A stretch of 61,635 nt of DNA, counting the filler, from Basidiobolus ranarum (Eukaryota), in assembly GCA_040143965.1 (NCBI GenBank). It is 10 parts of 10 records of this genome, joined end to end, with 100 filler letters (N's around TTAATTAATTAA, not from the genome) between each part and the next. Parts side by side here need not be neighbours in the genome. Positions count along the whole stretch, not along the records: positions 37,075 to 43,146 come from JASJQH010001420.1; positions 43,247 to 49,316 come from JASJQH010001421.1; positions 49,417 to 55,476 come from JASJQH010001422.1; 7 more parts are not named here. One strand, given 5' to 3'. The first letter of the stretch is position 1; every line of letters begins with the position of its first letter. Below the pieces are notes generated by a model that did no database searches, had not been told where the DNA came from, and saw only the letters and a program-made list of their open reading frames with translations. This document shows positions 38,936 through 52,129 of this stretch, in pieces. The position numbers and the translations under genes are program-made.

Positions 38936-40067
38936 TCCTTTTGAATACCACCTTTATCGCCCACGACTACAGCACAGTCTATATTAGATTTAGAATTCAT
39001 CATATCTCCAAGTTCAAAATTCGAATTCACTATAAATCATCAGCAATGCATGGATTATATTTGGACATGCAAGTGATCAAATTTCATTTTTCATTTTCAA
39101 CCTTCACCTTCTCTCCTACCCTTCAACTATTAGTCGCATATTCAAGACTTGGCCATCTTGACTACCACTTAAGAAAAAGCGGCTGATTGGGTTGATAAAT
39201 CACTTTATACATATTGGATCTTAAGAGAAATCGATCGTAGACTTATATCTTGTCATAATCCCGGAAAGAATCCTAATAATCTTTTGTAAGTTGTGATCTT
39301 GGATAGAACTTCCTTATTTCTTTCTTCATAACTTACTTTTTGGATACTCGATAGATTGAAGAGGAAGAAGGTGTTGGAAGAAGAAGAGGTAAATCTTAGG
39401 AAACAAAAGAAACTTGAAACTTTTGAAAGTCCATTGTACCTGGGGTTCCGTCTCTTTTTCTCTGGTTCAATTCATTTACAATAAAGTTGAAGTTGCTGGT
39501 TGAATCAAGTTCTTGAGTTATAGTGTTCCAACCCCAGGTTAGCTATATATGTTTATCATTACGTTTTCTAATGGATACGAGAAAGTGGTATAAATGGGAA
39601 TTGTATGGGAATCTGTGATGAAATACGTAGAATCAGGAATCAAAGTGGAATTCAAGTAAGGGGAGGGGCAATAAACCATTATCTGGAAATACATTATAAC
39701 ATCTCAACCGACTATTGAGAAGCGGTAGGGTGTGGGTGGAGGAGAGGGGGAGGGGAGGGATCCATGAAAAGAAAGATTGTATTATAAGATAAATGGTAAT
39801 TTAAAAAACAAATGCGATGTATAACAAAAAGAATTCATGGAATCCCTAGGCTCGTTCTTTCCCCTAGTAAGTTCGATAAAAAAGAGTGAAATGAAACGAA
39901 GAAAAAAGAACTACGCCATGCGCAAATGTGAAGAGAATCGTGGAATGTTAATTAATTACGATGCTTCGGAAGGCAAAATGTTTGCTAAATGGAACAGATT
40001 TACATGAAAAATTGGGGAAGGGAAGGGAAGGTGAAAGGCTGAGAAGTACGTATGTGATGTTAGCGAA

Positions 40068-42715
<2,648 letters not shown>

Positions 42716-43838
42716 TGGAAAGGGGGTCGTGAAATACTGAAAGCCTAGACTTTATATTGTGACTAAGCAAATATAGGTATTCTTTACTAAAGAAAGTAAA
42801 AAAGAGTTAAAAAGAAGGAATTTGGGAGAGGATAGATTCTAAATGATATAATATATATCTATATAACCAGAGTCCTAATGAGATAGTGGTAAAACCCTAC
42901 GTACTCTGATGAGAGGCAGTATAATAAATTGTCAAATATACTCTATCTGCGCCGGGCTTATTTGCAATACACAGTAGGCAAACGATAATGATAGATAGCA
43001 CTCTTGCTGAAAAGGATTCGACAGGCCAAGAGGATGAGTAGCAAGAGGAAACAAGGATGAAAGTGAATAAAGATAACGAGTGTGAAAAAGGGGTGAGGCT
43101 AGGGATTTGATAATAAAGTTTTAAAGAATATCTGCTAGATAATTAGNNNNNNNNNNNNNNNNNNNNNNNNNNNNNNNNNNNNNNNNNNNNTTAATTAATT
43201 AANNNNNNNNNNNNNNNNNNNNNNNNNNNNNNNNNNNNNNNNNNNNGTTAAATATTTGAGGCAACTGAAGTGCAATCTAAGATGATGCGAAATACCATAC
43301 AGGAGTGTTGAATACCTCGACTGGATTGGATAACTGTAACCTTTGACCGTACCCTAACCCTGATCGTATACCTAATTTTTAGTTAATAAATGTCATCATA
43401 GTGTTGATCTTTGCCACGAATTCCTTCCTAGTCAGCTCAGAATAGAACACCAGAAAGCGGTATTATGTAAGGAAGATTCTCTTCGCAGCACAAGATCCCC
43501 AACACCAAGTCCAAAGTGACATCATGTGCTCTTCTCGGAGGTGCCTGCCGTATACACACACTGATCCAAAGAATTGGTAAGAGATACTTTGGAATAACAC
43601 AGTACCAGGTCGATTATGTCAGATTTTCACTAGTTATATCTACCAAAATGAATGATTGGTTAAGTTTTACGTTAAAGCTTTCTATTACATCTCCATCGCA
43701 CATTATTAGTAACCCGGGTATTTATATTCCAAGGCTTGACCAGGGCATATAATATCATTCCCCATTTGGAAGTCTCATCTCTTGACAGTATAAAAACCTT
43801 GGTTGGCCGAGGAGCTGTCTACACAACAAATCCTTAGA

Positions 43839-44729
43839 ATGCCTGGAGAACAATTTGTAATCAAACCTGCCACCTTGGAGGAATCCAAGCTCATTCATGA
43901 GTGGGGCGACCGTGAAGGTTGGAACTCTGGTGTTCACGACTGGAAAACCATGTTCTACGCCAACTCTGACGGATATTTGGTTGGTCATTTGGGTAACAAA
44001 CCAATCTGCTGTATAGCCATCTTCCGATATGACAACCAGGTTGCATTCATAGGCTGGTACTATGTACTGAAGGAGCATAGAGGTAAAGGCTACGGACTGA
44101 CCATATTCAATTATGCTATGAAACTCCTCGAGGGCTACAACATTGGACTTGATGGTGTTAAAGCTCAACAAGGGAACTATGCCAAGCTTGGTTTCTCCAA
44201 ATCCTACGATAACGATGTATACGAAGGGAAGGTTCCGGATGAACTAAGCCATACACATAATCTACAAGGCTTACAATTTGTGCCCTTAAATCAGATCGGA
44301 GCAGACGAAGTGTCGCGCTTCGAGTACGAGCATACCGGTCTCCTACGTCTAAAATGGTGGAAAGCTTGGTTGAATCAACCCGATTTGAACTCTCTTGCCC
44401 TTGTTGATGAGAATCAAAGAATTCTAGCCATATCGACCGCGCGTCTTACCTATAATAAGTCCTACAGTATCTCACCTCTCTATGCAACCGACATCGTCTA
44501 TGCGGAAGCCACCCTAACAGAGATGCTTAAAATGATCAAGGCCAGCTCGGATGACTCGGACATCAACTTCAGTATGATGTTGAATAGTCATAATGACCAA
44601 AGTAAACAGTTCATCGAAAAATTCCAATTGAAATTCACCATAAGTTTTGGAAGAATGTGGACTCGAGGCCTTCCTCCCAATACTGAAGTTGTAAATATTT
44701 ACGCAGCTGGTTCACCTGAAAGCGGTTAA
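43839..44729 (+). CDS. Intronless two-domain GNAT N-acetyltransferase (YitH/HolE-like)
   Basis: EGWNSG..D, FIGWYYVLKEHRGKGYG (AcCoA motif), IGLDGV.AQQ.NY.KLGF, ISPLYA, RMW; TATAAAA near 43789. Confidence 0.85.
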   Translation: MPGEQFVIKPATLEESKLIHEWGDREGWNSGVHDWKTMFYANSDGYLVGHLGNKPICCIAIFRYDNQVAFIGWYYVLKEHRGKGYGLTIFNYAMKLLEGYNIGLDGVKAQQGNYAKLGFSKSYDNDVYEGKVPDELSHTHNLQGLQFVPLNQIGADEVSRFEYEHTGLLRLKWWKAWLNQPDLNSLALVDENQRILAISTARLTYNKSYSISPLYATDIVYAEATLTEMLKMIKASSDDSDINFSMMLNSHNDQSKQFIEKFQLKFTISFGRMWTRGLPPNTEVVNIYAAGSPESG

Positions 44730-46082
44730 TCAAATAAAATTAGTATAGAATATTCAAGTAATTAATATATTTGGAAACATCATATCTGAGAATCAGTGGG
44801 AATCGGGACCAGATACTATCTATTGATTATTTTGCGTCCACAAAATAGTCCCAATTAGGTTTAGATATGGAGGTGCAATTATGCTGGCCTCTCGCCATTT
44901 GATTACTGCAATACGTAAACGTGTCAAGACCAATGAGTCAGAAATAAAATACAAATGGAAACAACAGTGTATAGTTTTAAAATTGAATTTATTATATGTA
45001 CATGGAATCCCTGTAAAAGAAATGACATTTAGAAAATGGAAATTCAAGTAAAAATAATAAGCAAGTAAGGAGATCATTAATATAGATCGTTTCTCAACAC
45101 TGATTATTTCAGGGGATTGACAGATTGTAGATACTAGATATAATCACTTCTCCTTACGAGCTTGAATTAACCTGAAGAAATACCAACCTTATAATCGGAA
45201 AACCGAGTTCAAGCGACATACCGAAAAGACCCTAATAACTGAAAAGTTGATTAATATTTGGTAATAGAATGGATTCATGGATGTTGCAAGAAGAACGTCA
45301 GAACTTCTTAGAGATTTGGTATTTCATCAACCTTGATAAGGTCTACCGTGTAAAATGTTTTCCTCATTCGAGGGTGAATTCAGTGGAATTAAAATTGATA
45401 ATTACCTTAGATATCCTAGTGGTAGGAAGAAGAAGTATGGATCCGTCGTATTCGCGAACTCAATTTATGTGCATGCTAGGTTATTTTTTTTTCATCCACA
45501 CTAAATTCCAGGGGCATAGAGATCATAGCCTGGTTTATGAGGAGATCATTAACCATGGTCTACCCTGGGCTTTGATCAATACGCGATATGAAGCTAAGCT
45601 ATTGGTTAACTAAGCCTAAAAATACAACTCGGCTTAATTTACTAGATTTTGGTTTTTAGGAAGTTGCTAGAGTTCATAAAAATAACTTAATTATGCAAAC
45701 CTAATTTACTCATTAGACCGATGACAACATATCCTAGTTACCAACATCCACAAAGACCGTATTTATAGGCTACAATCTTAAGAGTGTAAATAAATACAAA
45801 CTCATCCAAGAGCGATTGGTCTTGACTAAGTGTAGGAATTAAGAATCTCTACGCTTACTTGACATGACAAAAGTCACTTCTATAATTAGGACGAATAGAA
45901 CTAATAACACAAAGTGTTGAACGAATTAGAATAGAATTGTGTAATGTTCAGATGGTTTATTCCCATGGACTTTGGAAATATAAAACCTTCAGCCTACTCT
46001 ACATCACAAATATCAAATTCAGCCATTATTTGAATATTTATCACTATATCTTCTACCTGTATTCCGACAAGACAATCCAGAC

Positions 46083-46631
46083 ATGAAATTCTTTAACGCA
46101 GTCCTTCTTGTTTCCTCTTTGGCGAGCTTAGGTTTCGCTCAAAACTCCAGCGATTTGGCTGGATGTGTTAGTAAATGCGATGCTAACGATGTATCATGTA
46201 AAGCTCAATGCTTGGGTATCACCTTTCCTTCTGGAGATGCTGCTCCTGCTGTTCAACGATGTGTTAGTCAATGTGATAACAACAACCCAAACCTTCCAGC
46301 ATGTCTGAAGAGTTGTGTTTCCAGTAGCGGCGCGTCTCCCGGAACTGATGGTGTGAAGGGCGAGGACAGTTCTCCAACTCCAGGAGCTACAGACGCCGTC
46401 ATAAGTTCAACTCTTGGGGCTACAGGAGCTGGTCCTGTTGCCACTAATCCAGTAGCTTCTGCCTCCTCTGCACTTGGTAGTATTGCAAGTTCTGGCGCTC
46501 AAGCTGCTTCCAGTGTTATTTCATCTGCTACTGCTAGAGCAACCGAAGTAAGATCATCTGGTAACCACGTCAACTCCAATCCAATGATTTATGGAATGAT
46601 TGGTGTTCTGGTATACAAACTTCAAAATTAA
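46083..46631 (+). CDS. Secreted Cys-rich + Ser/Thr/Ala-rich surface protein, probably GPI-anchored
   Basis: Signal peptide, two CxxxC...CxxxC modules, S/T/A stalk, SSG site plus hydrophobic C-terminus; TATAAAA near 45979. Confidence 0.8.
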   Translation: MKFFNAVLLVSSLASLGFAQNSSDLAGCVSKCDANDVSCKAQCLGITFPSGDAAPAVQRCVSQCDNNNPNLPACLKSCVSSSGASPGTDGVKGEDSSPTPGATDAVISSTLGATGAGPVATNPVASASSALGSIASSGAQAASSVISSATARATEVRSSGNHVNSNPMIYGMIGVLVYKLQN

Positions 46632-46939
46632 CCACCACTTCACCCAAACCAATCATCGATTACAAGTAGCCAAATGTGACCAAAAAGTCCACAATAAAAG
46701 TAGTTTTCTAAACCAAACGCACTAGTATTCAATGAAGAGATTTAATGGCTTGTCAAGTTATTAGTGATCAAGCAATATATGACTGATGAATGGAAACCCA
46801 ACCATATGTAATGGAATTCAATCAACAAAAACCAAATGAAGGGGCGTGAATATGACAAAAAAAGGAGATCATTAATGATTTTAAAATGGTGAAAATAATC
46901 GAAACATATATACACAAAGTACTATTAAAAAGTAACCAG

Positions 46940-48580
46940 TTAATTAACACTATGCGTGGTAAGTGCATTCATTACTTCTTCTGCTGGACACCCGGCCGGT
47001 GCGAAATGTGCGACGAAGTTTCCAGCAACATACTCATCAGGGAATGTATTGAATACATTAGCGTCTCCAAATATATGAGCACCTTCAGCCCATTCGGGGT
47101 CACGTGCTACATTCCACATAGCTTTCTGTTCATAATACAAGGTATTAAAACTGTCTTGCCTATGCTGAACTTCTCGAAGGAAATTAAATGACCACTGAGA
47201 ATTCCTCAGAAGGAAAACACCAGCATTGAACATAGGATCTTTCCTGGGTTTGGTGATAAATAGGCTCTTCTTTGAGAATTCCTCATCTCCCAACTCTTGT
47301 TGGAAATGTTCCATGATATCTTCTACACGAATCTCATCGTTCATGATCACCGCATCCATATCAAGCCAAAGCAACCAGTCGTATTCTGGTAAGACCTTTT
47401 CAATAGCATCGATTTTCCCCCAAACAATACGACGACCACGATATACTTGTTGAGCAAATTCGGTAGAGCGAGCGATGAAGTAATAGTCATGTTTCTTAGC
47501 GTAATCCCGTTTGTTAGTTGCACTCAACAGACCAGCGTCTATCATGCAGTTATCTTTATAGATAAAGCTACTGGTGATGACGCCAATCTTAGTTTGAGGA
47601 CGTTCGTAGGTACATAGTGGAGGCTGAACTGTTTTAAAGTGAGAAGCAATTTGAGCAAATTCATCAGCTTGATAAACCATCGAAACAGCCAGTGTATTTT
47701 TAGGTAAAACATAAGGGTTATTGGGCCATTCAGTGAACCGCTTATCATTGATGATAGAAATAGCAGCAACAAGATCATCCGACCTGTTATCCAAGATATG
47801 AGAGATGATTGAGCTTGGAGCACCAGCAGGTGGGAGCAAATCAGGGATGTTCAAAAGATCCTCTGTTAGACTTGCGCTCATGATGATCGCTTGAGTCTGG
47901 TTTCTTTCGAGTAAAAGGTTTCCCCATAGGATTGGCTGATTCTTCTCTTCCTCGGTGGCTTCCTTGATCATGTAATCCAATTCAGATAAGACTTGGTCGA
48001 ATCTCACGAACGTATGCGAGTCCAATAGCATTACATGACGAAACTCCGTAGGTCCTTCTACAGAATTGGCCTGCAAGAGAAATGCTTAGTTTAATATTTT
48101 ATGAAAGTCAGTCTTGGTACTTACCCATTTAAGCATTGCATGTTCTTTCCCCCAGGTAGGTGCTTGGGGAAGAATGACCACGTCGTTATACTCCATGATT
48201 TCAGATCTTAATTGGCGCATTTTCTCGTTACGAATGTTCCCCTCAGTCACGAAAAACTTGTAGTAGATACGGCCATTGTAGTTCAAGCACGGAGTCAAAT
48301 TGTTTGGCAAGCTGAATAACTCTTTGCGGAGAAGTTGTCGATTTTCAACTTCGGTGATCTTGGAATTAATTAGAATCACTAGGTCGTAACCAACGCTGGC
48401 ATAACCTGATATTTCCAGAGAGGCATCATCCAGGTGCCCTGGAACATACCCAGCCTGGTTCTCTGGTTCATGTCCTTGTAGAGAATCATTATTTACAAAC
48501 CCATTTAGATAAACAAAGTTGAGGAAGAAGCATAGGGTGACAAGGAATAGGGCGACTAGAGTTATATGAGCTCTCCGCAT
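46940..48580 (-). CDS. Type II membrane glycosyltransferase: GT31-like N-terminal domain + GT34 (Mnn10/Gma12-like) C-terminal domain, 2 exons
   Basis: N-terminal TM; R..LR.E..EYNDVVIL and MLLDSHTFV (GT31-like); NKRDYAKKHDY, WGKI, WLLWLDMDAVIMN, FNAGVFLLRNSQWS, EQKAM, FVAHFA (GT34). One intron about 48073-48125. Confidence 0.8.
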
Positions 48581-49863
48581 CTTGTTAGTGAGAGGGGTTA
48601 AGAAGTAAGCGGTAACCTTAGGGAAGGATGGATTATATAGATTTTAAGGAAATTCCTGTATCACTAACACATCAACTTAATCGTTAACACAGTTGAACTT
48701 CCAGTAGTTTGCGAAACCTGATTATTAGCGAGGTGTCATATGAATTTCCTTTTTTCCAGATTCACAAGGAGAATGCAAGTAACCAACCGAATTTATTACC
48801 TGAAAAATCCATTTAAAACCATGTGTAACTACTGGACACGTTCTTTTTGCCTTTTGGCGGGTTTTGCTTTTAGATAGAGTATGTTGTTATGGGCAAAGGA
48901 TGGGTGTAGAAGACAATATCCCGCAACCCATTCATTTGATATGTTTTAATTTCTCTTCAAGGCGGACTTGGTAGCGTATCATAAGCATAACCTAGCATAC
49001 AATCTCAGCCAACCTTTCATTTAAATTTTGTGCATGTATAATATAGGAAATCCAATCAACTCTCTGATGAGGCATAGCAACGGTGGAAGATTTTCACAGT
49101 CGGACATCACCAAATCACTTTCTAGATGAATGTTACACAAAATCAAGAAGCGTGCATATTTTCGCGCCAACACCGGTGGTGGAGTCAAATATGATTAATA
49201 TCTAGTAACAATCCAATTTAGCTGTATACGTGAGATAGAGAAACCTGTACAAACCTGGCAAAAGAGTATAAGGTCAAACTCAATCGGAAAGTAACTTTTC
49301 AGTTTTCTTGAGTGAANNNNNNNNNNNNNNNNNNNNNNNNNNNNNNNNNNNNNNNNNNNNTTAATTAATTAANNNNNNNNNNNNNNNNNNNNNNNNNNNN
49401 NNNNNNNNNNNNNNNNGAACTCTATAAAAATATTCAGGAGAATATATCAAAGAGACTAGGGATTTCAAAGGTGACAAATTAGCGTTCAAGTGGTAATTGT
49501 GTAAAATTTGAGTTACGTTTTTTGCACATGTGTTGATCCATAGTTCTCTGAGATTTTAGTCAATCATTTGCAACTATTTTGCAAGATCTTGAAATTTCAC
49601 TCCTGAAACTGAACAAATTGATTAAAATCAAATCTAACTTGACGATTTTATGATGGTAAGTAAATGGTCAATCCCAAATGGATTAAAATTGTGATGGTTT
49701 TCCTATGATAACAATCCTCAAATTTCTGTTAGGGTATAAAGCTAAGCAGCATTCAAATATTGTCAACAGAATTTATCAAAAAATATACCCTACCAAATCA
49801 GATGACATCCTTGGGCCAGGTTGGAGAAGATCCAAATTAAGGAGCAGCAAGTCTCCTAATCAG

Positions 49864-50212
49864 TGTTAAAATTAGCATTGCTTAAACACCTATATAGTCA
49901 TATATAGCTTAGTACTTAGTTATCTTATAATTCACTAAGATATTATCCATTATTCTCAATTGGAATTTACTTAGAATATTTTTACCAACTTAGAAGTTCC
50001 CAGATATATAGATTTTTCAAACTTGTGCTAGAAGCCCTAAACTTTGCGCACATGTTCCTGGGACCTTCCTTAACACATACTACATGTTAGTTTGTTTACA
50101 TCTTGACAAAAACTATAAATGCCAACTTTCTACTCAATCAATCAATAAGTGAAAACCACCAATTCCTCTAATTCTCCTACCCACTTCCAACAGGCTCCCA
50201 AATACTTTAACA
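49864..50212 (+). mobile_element. Solo LTR, family A (349 bp), with a degenerate partial copy following to about 50420 and an inverted one near 51050-51230
   Basis: Terminal inverted repeat TGTTAAA...TTTAACA; homologous to copies in three other contigs. Confidence 0.8.
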
Positions 50213-50617
50213 TATTGATATCAACTTGGAAGTTTTTAGCTTAATGGACATTTCAATCTTATGCTAGAAGCCACAAACCTTTTGCACATGTTCATAGGAC
50301 CTTCCTAAAGACATTCTACATGTTCATTTGTTTATATTTTGGCAACAATAGAAATGTGAACTTTGTATTGACCATATTCATTAGTGACAAACATCATTTC
50401 ATCTAGTTCTCCAAGCTTTTGAGGCATTTTGGAAGTCTGTTGGAAGTAATTTGGAGAATTAGAGAGATTGGTGGCTTGCACTTATTGATTTTTTGGAATG
50501 AATGTGTTAGTCAACTTTAGTTTCAATACATATATCAGAGACAGAATGCAATGTATCTATAGCCTCTATACTCTAAATAGGAATATCTCTATATATATAT
50601 AACAAGTATGTCCTATT

Positions 50618-50899
50618 TGTTAAGAGTCTGGTGACTTATGGTACAAGCAGTAATTCCCAAAGAGGAAAATATGGAGTATGGTGACTGCATCCAAACACAA
50701 AGTCTAAGGCCATTCAGTTGCTTGTATAGCTGAAATGCCAAAGTATCATACATTGACAGACTAGGTTAGGATTCCCTAGCAATATAGGCATAGCATACAA
50801 GGACTGGAAGCTCAGTGGTTAGAGCACCTTGCTAGAGTGAAGGAGGTCCCAGGTTCAAATCCTGGCCAGACCAATATTTCTCCTTAAATAATTTCAACA
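50618..50899 (+). mobile_element. Solo LTR (282 bp) containing a tRNA-like sequence
   Basis: TGTTAAGA...TTTCAACA ends, perfect 5-bp TSD CTATT (50613-50617 and 50900-50904); uninterrupted homologue of the target site at about 61441-61490. Confidence 0.85.
50801..50873 (+). tRNA. tRNA-like cloverleaf (73 nt, nominal anticodon AGA, short variable loop), probably not a translational tRNA
   Basis: GGACTGG-AA-GCTC-AGTGGTTA-GAGC-A-CCTTG-CTAGAGT-GAAGG-AGGTC-CCAGG-TTCAAAT-CCTGG-CCAGACC-A. A- and B-box-like sequences present; one mismatch each in the acceptor and anticodon stems; U8 replaced by A. Confidence 0.75.
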
Positions 50900-52129
50900 C
50901 TATTACCCCTACTTATCTATTATATGCTATTATGTAAACACATGAATAACTCAAACAATTGATTTACTTCTCTACTATACATCTCATCATATTCTATTTC
51001 AAATAAAGTAACTAAAACACTATCATAAGTTGCCTCTAATACACAAAGTCATCCCCCATTTTTGTGAAGATCCTCCCACAAAATTAACTTTTATAGCTTT
51101 GTCAATATGTACATAACTCTATGTGTAGAAAGTCTTGACAAAGGTCCTAACAACATGTGTGCTAAGTTTGGCACTTCTAGCATAAGATTGTTAATATATA
51201 TATCTCACAAATTCTAAGTAAGTTCCAACTCAGAAGAGCAGTATCTCTTAGTTAAAACCAGAAAAACTAAATACCAAGCCATATATGATAAGAAAACATT
51301 TTGGCAATGCTAACTTCCAAACAAGCCACCTCCAACAAGCTTCCAAAATGCTTCAACAAGTGCAAGGGTGTAATATGACCAGCAATAATGCAGTAATATT
51401 CAGCCAGATTTTTGATGGCAAGACAGCAGCTTCTTGCTGGTATTATAATGGTAAAAAAAAACCAGCAAGAACAGAGGATGTAATTATGAGTATTCTGGTG
51501 ATGCACTATTCATATTGGAAGGCATTAACATGCCAGGAACTTACTTAAGTAATGATGAAGCATTAATCAATTTACTAGCTGTGTTCCTTTTTAGCAATAA
51601 TGCAAGTGAAGAGATTACATACCCCCATTTACATAGTAAATGAATAGTTAAGCAAAGTTCAACAGAAACACCATCAAGACCATCAACTTCCAAAATGCCT
51701 ACTTTACCAACTATTCAACACCCCTCCATATACAATATGAATAGATTTATTGCTACAATGGAATTGAAGGCAGAGCACCATAATGGCTTGTATGGAATCA
51801 TAAGTAAAAACTACCAAGTTGCTCTACAGGCCATGACAAGCACTAATGCCACTATATTCAATTAATGCAGCATTATGAAGCATCTAGTCATCAGTTAGAG
51901 AGTCACTCAACCATGACACAAGACCTTCAGAATGCTCTACTTGAGCTACAGTAACTTGCTGCTTCCTCCATCCATTTTCATCTTGGATTTTAAGCAATCC
52001 CACACCACACATATGAATGTCACCATAACAATCTAGCAGAGCAGAATATATGTTGGAACATTAAGCCTACACACCTACCCCAATTGCTTGGGCATATGAA
52101 AGTAGAAATCTCATAGGAAAACCAGCAAA

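Noticed and set aside
43350-43365. CCCTAA-like telomeric motifs (also near 24480 and 22550)
   Set aside because: Only one or two units, internal; expected by chance.
50801-50873. Calling this a functional tRNA-Ser(AGA)
   Set aside because: No long variable arm, U8 replaced, two stem mismatches, no terminator, and it lies inside an LTR.
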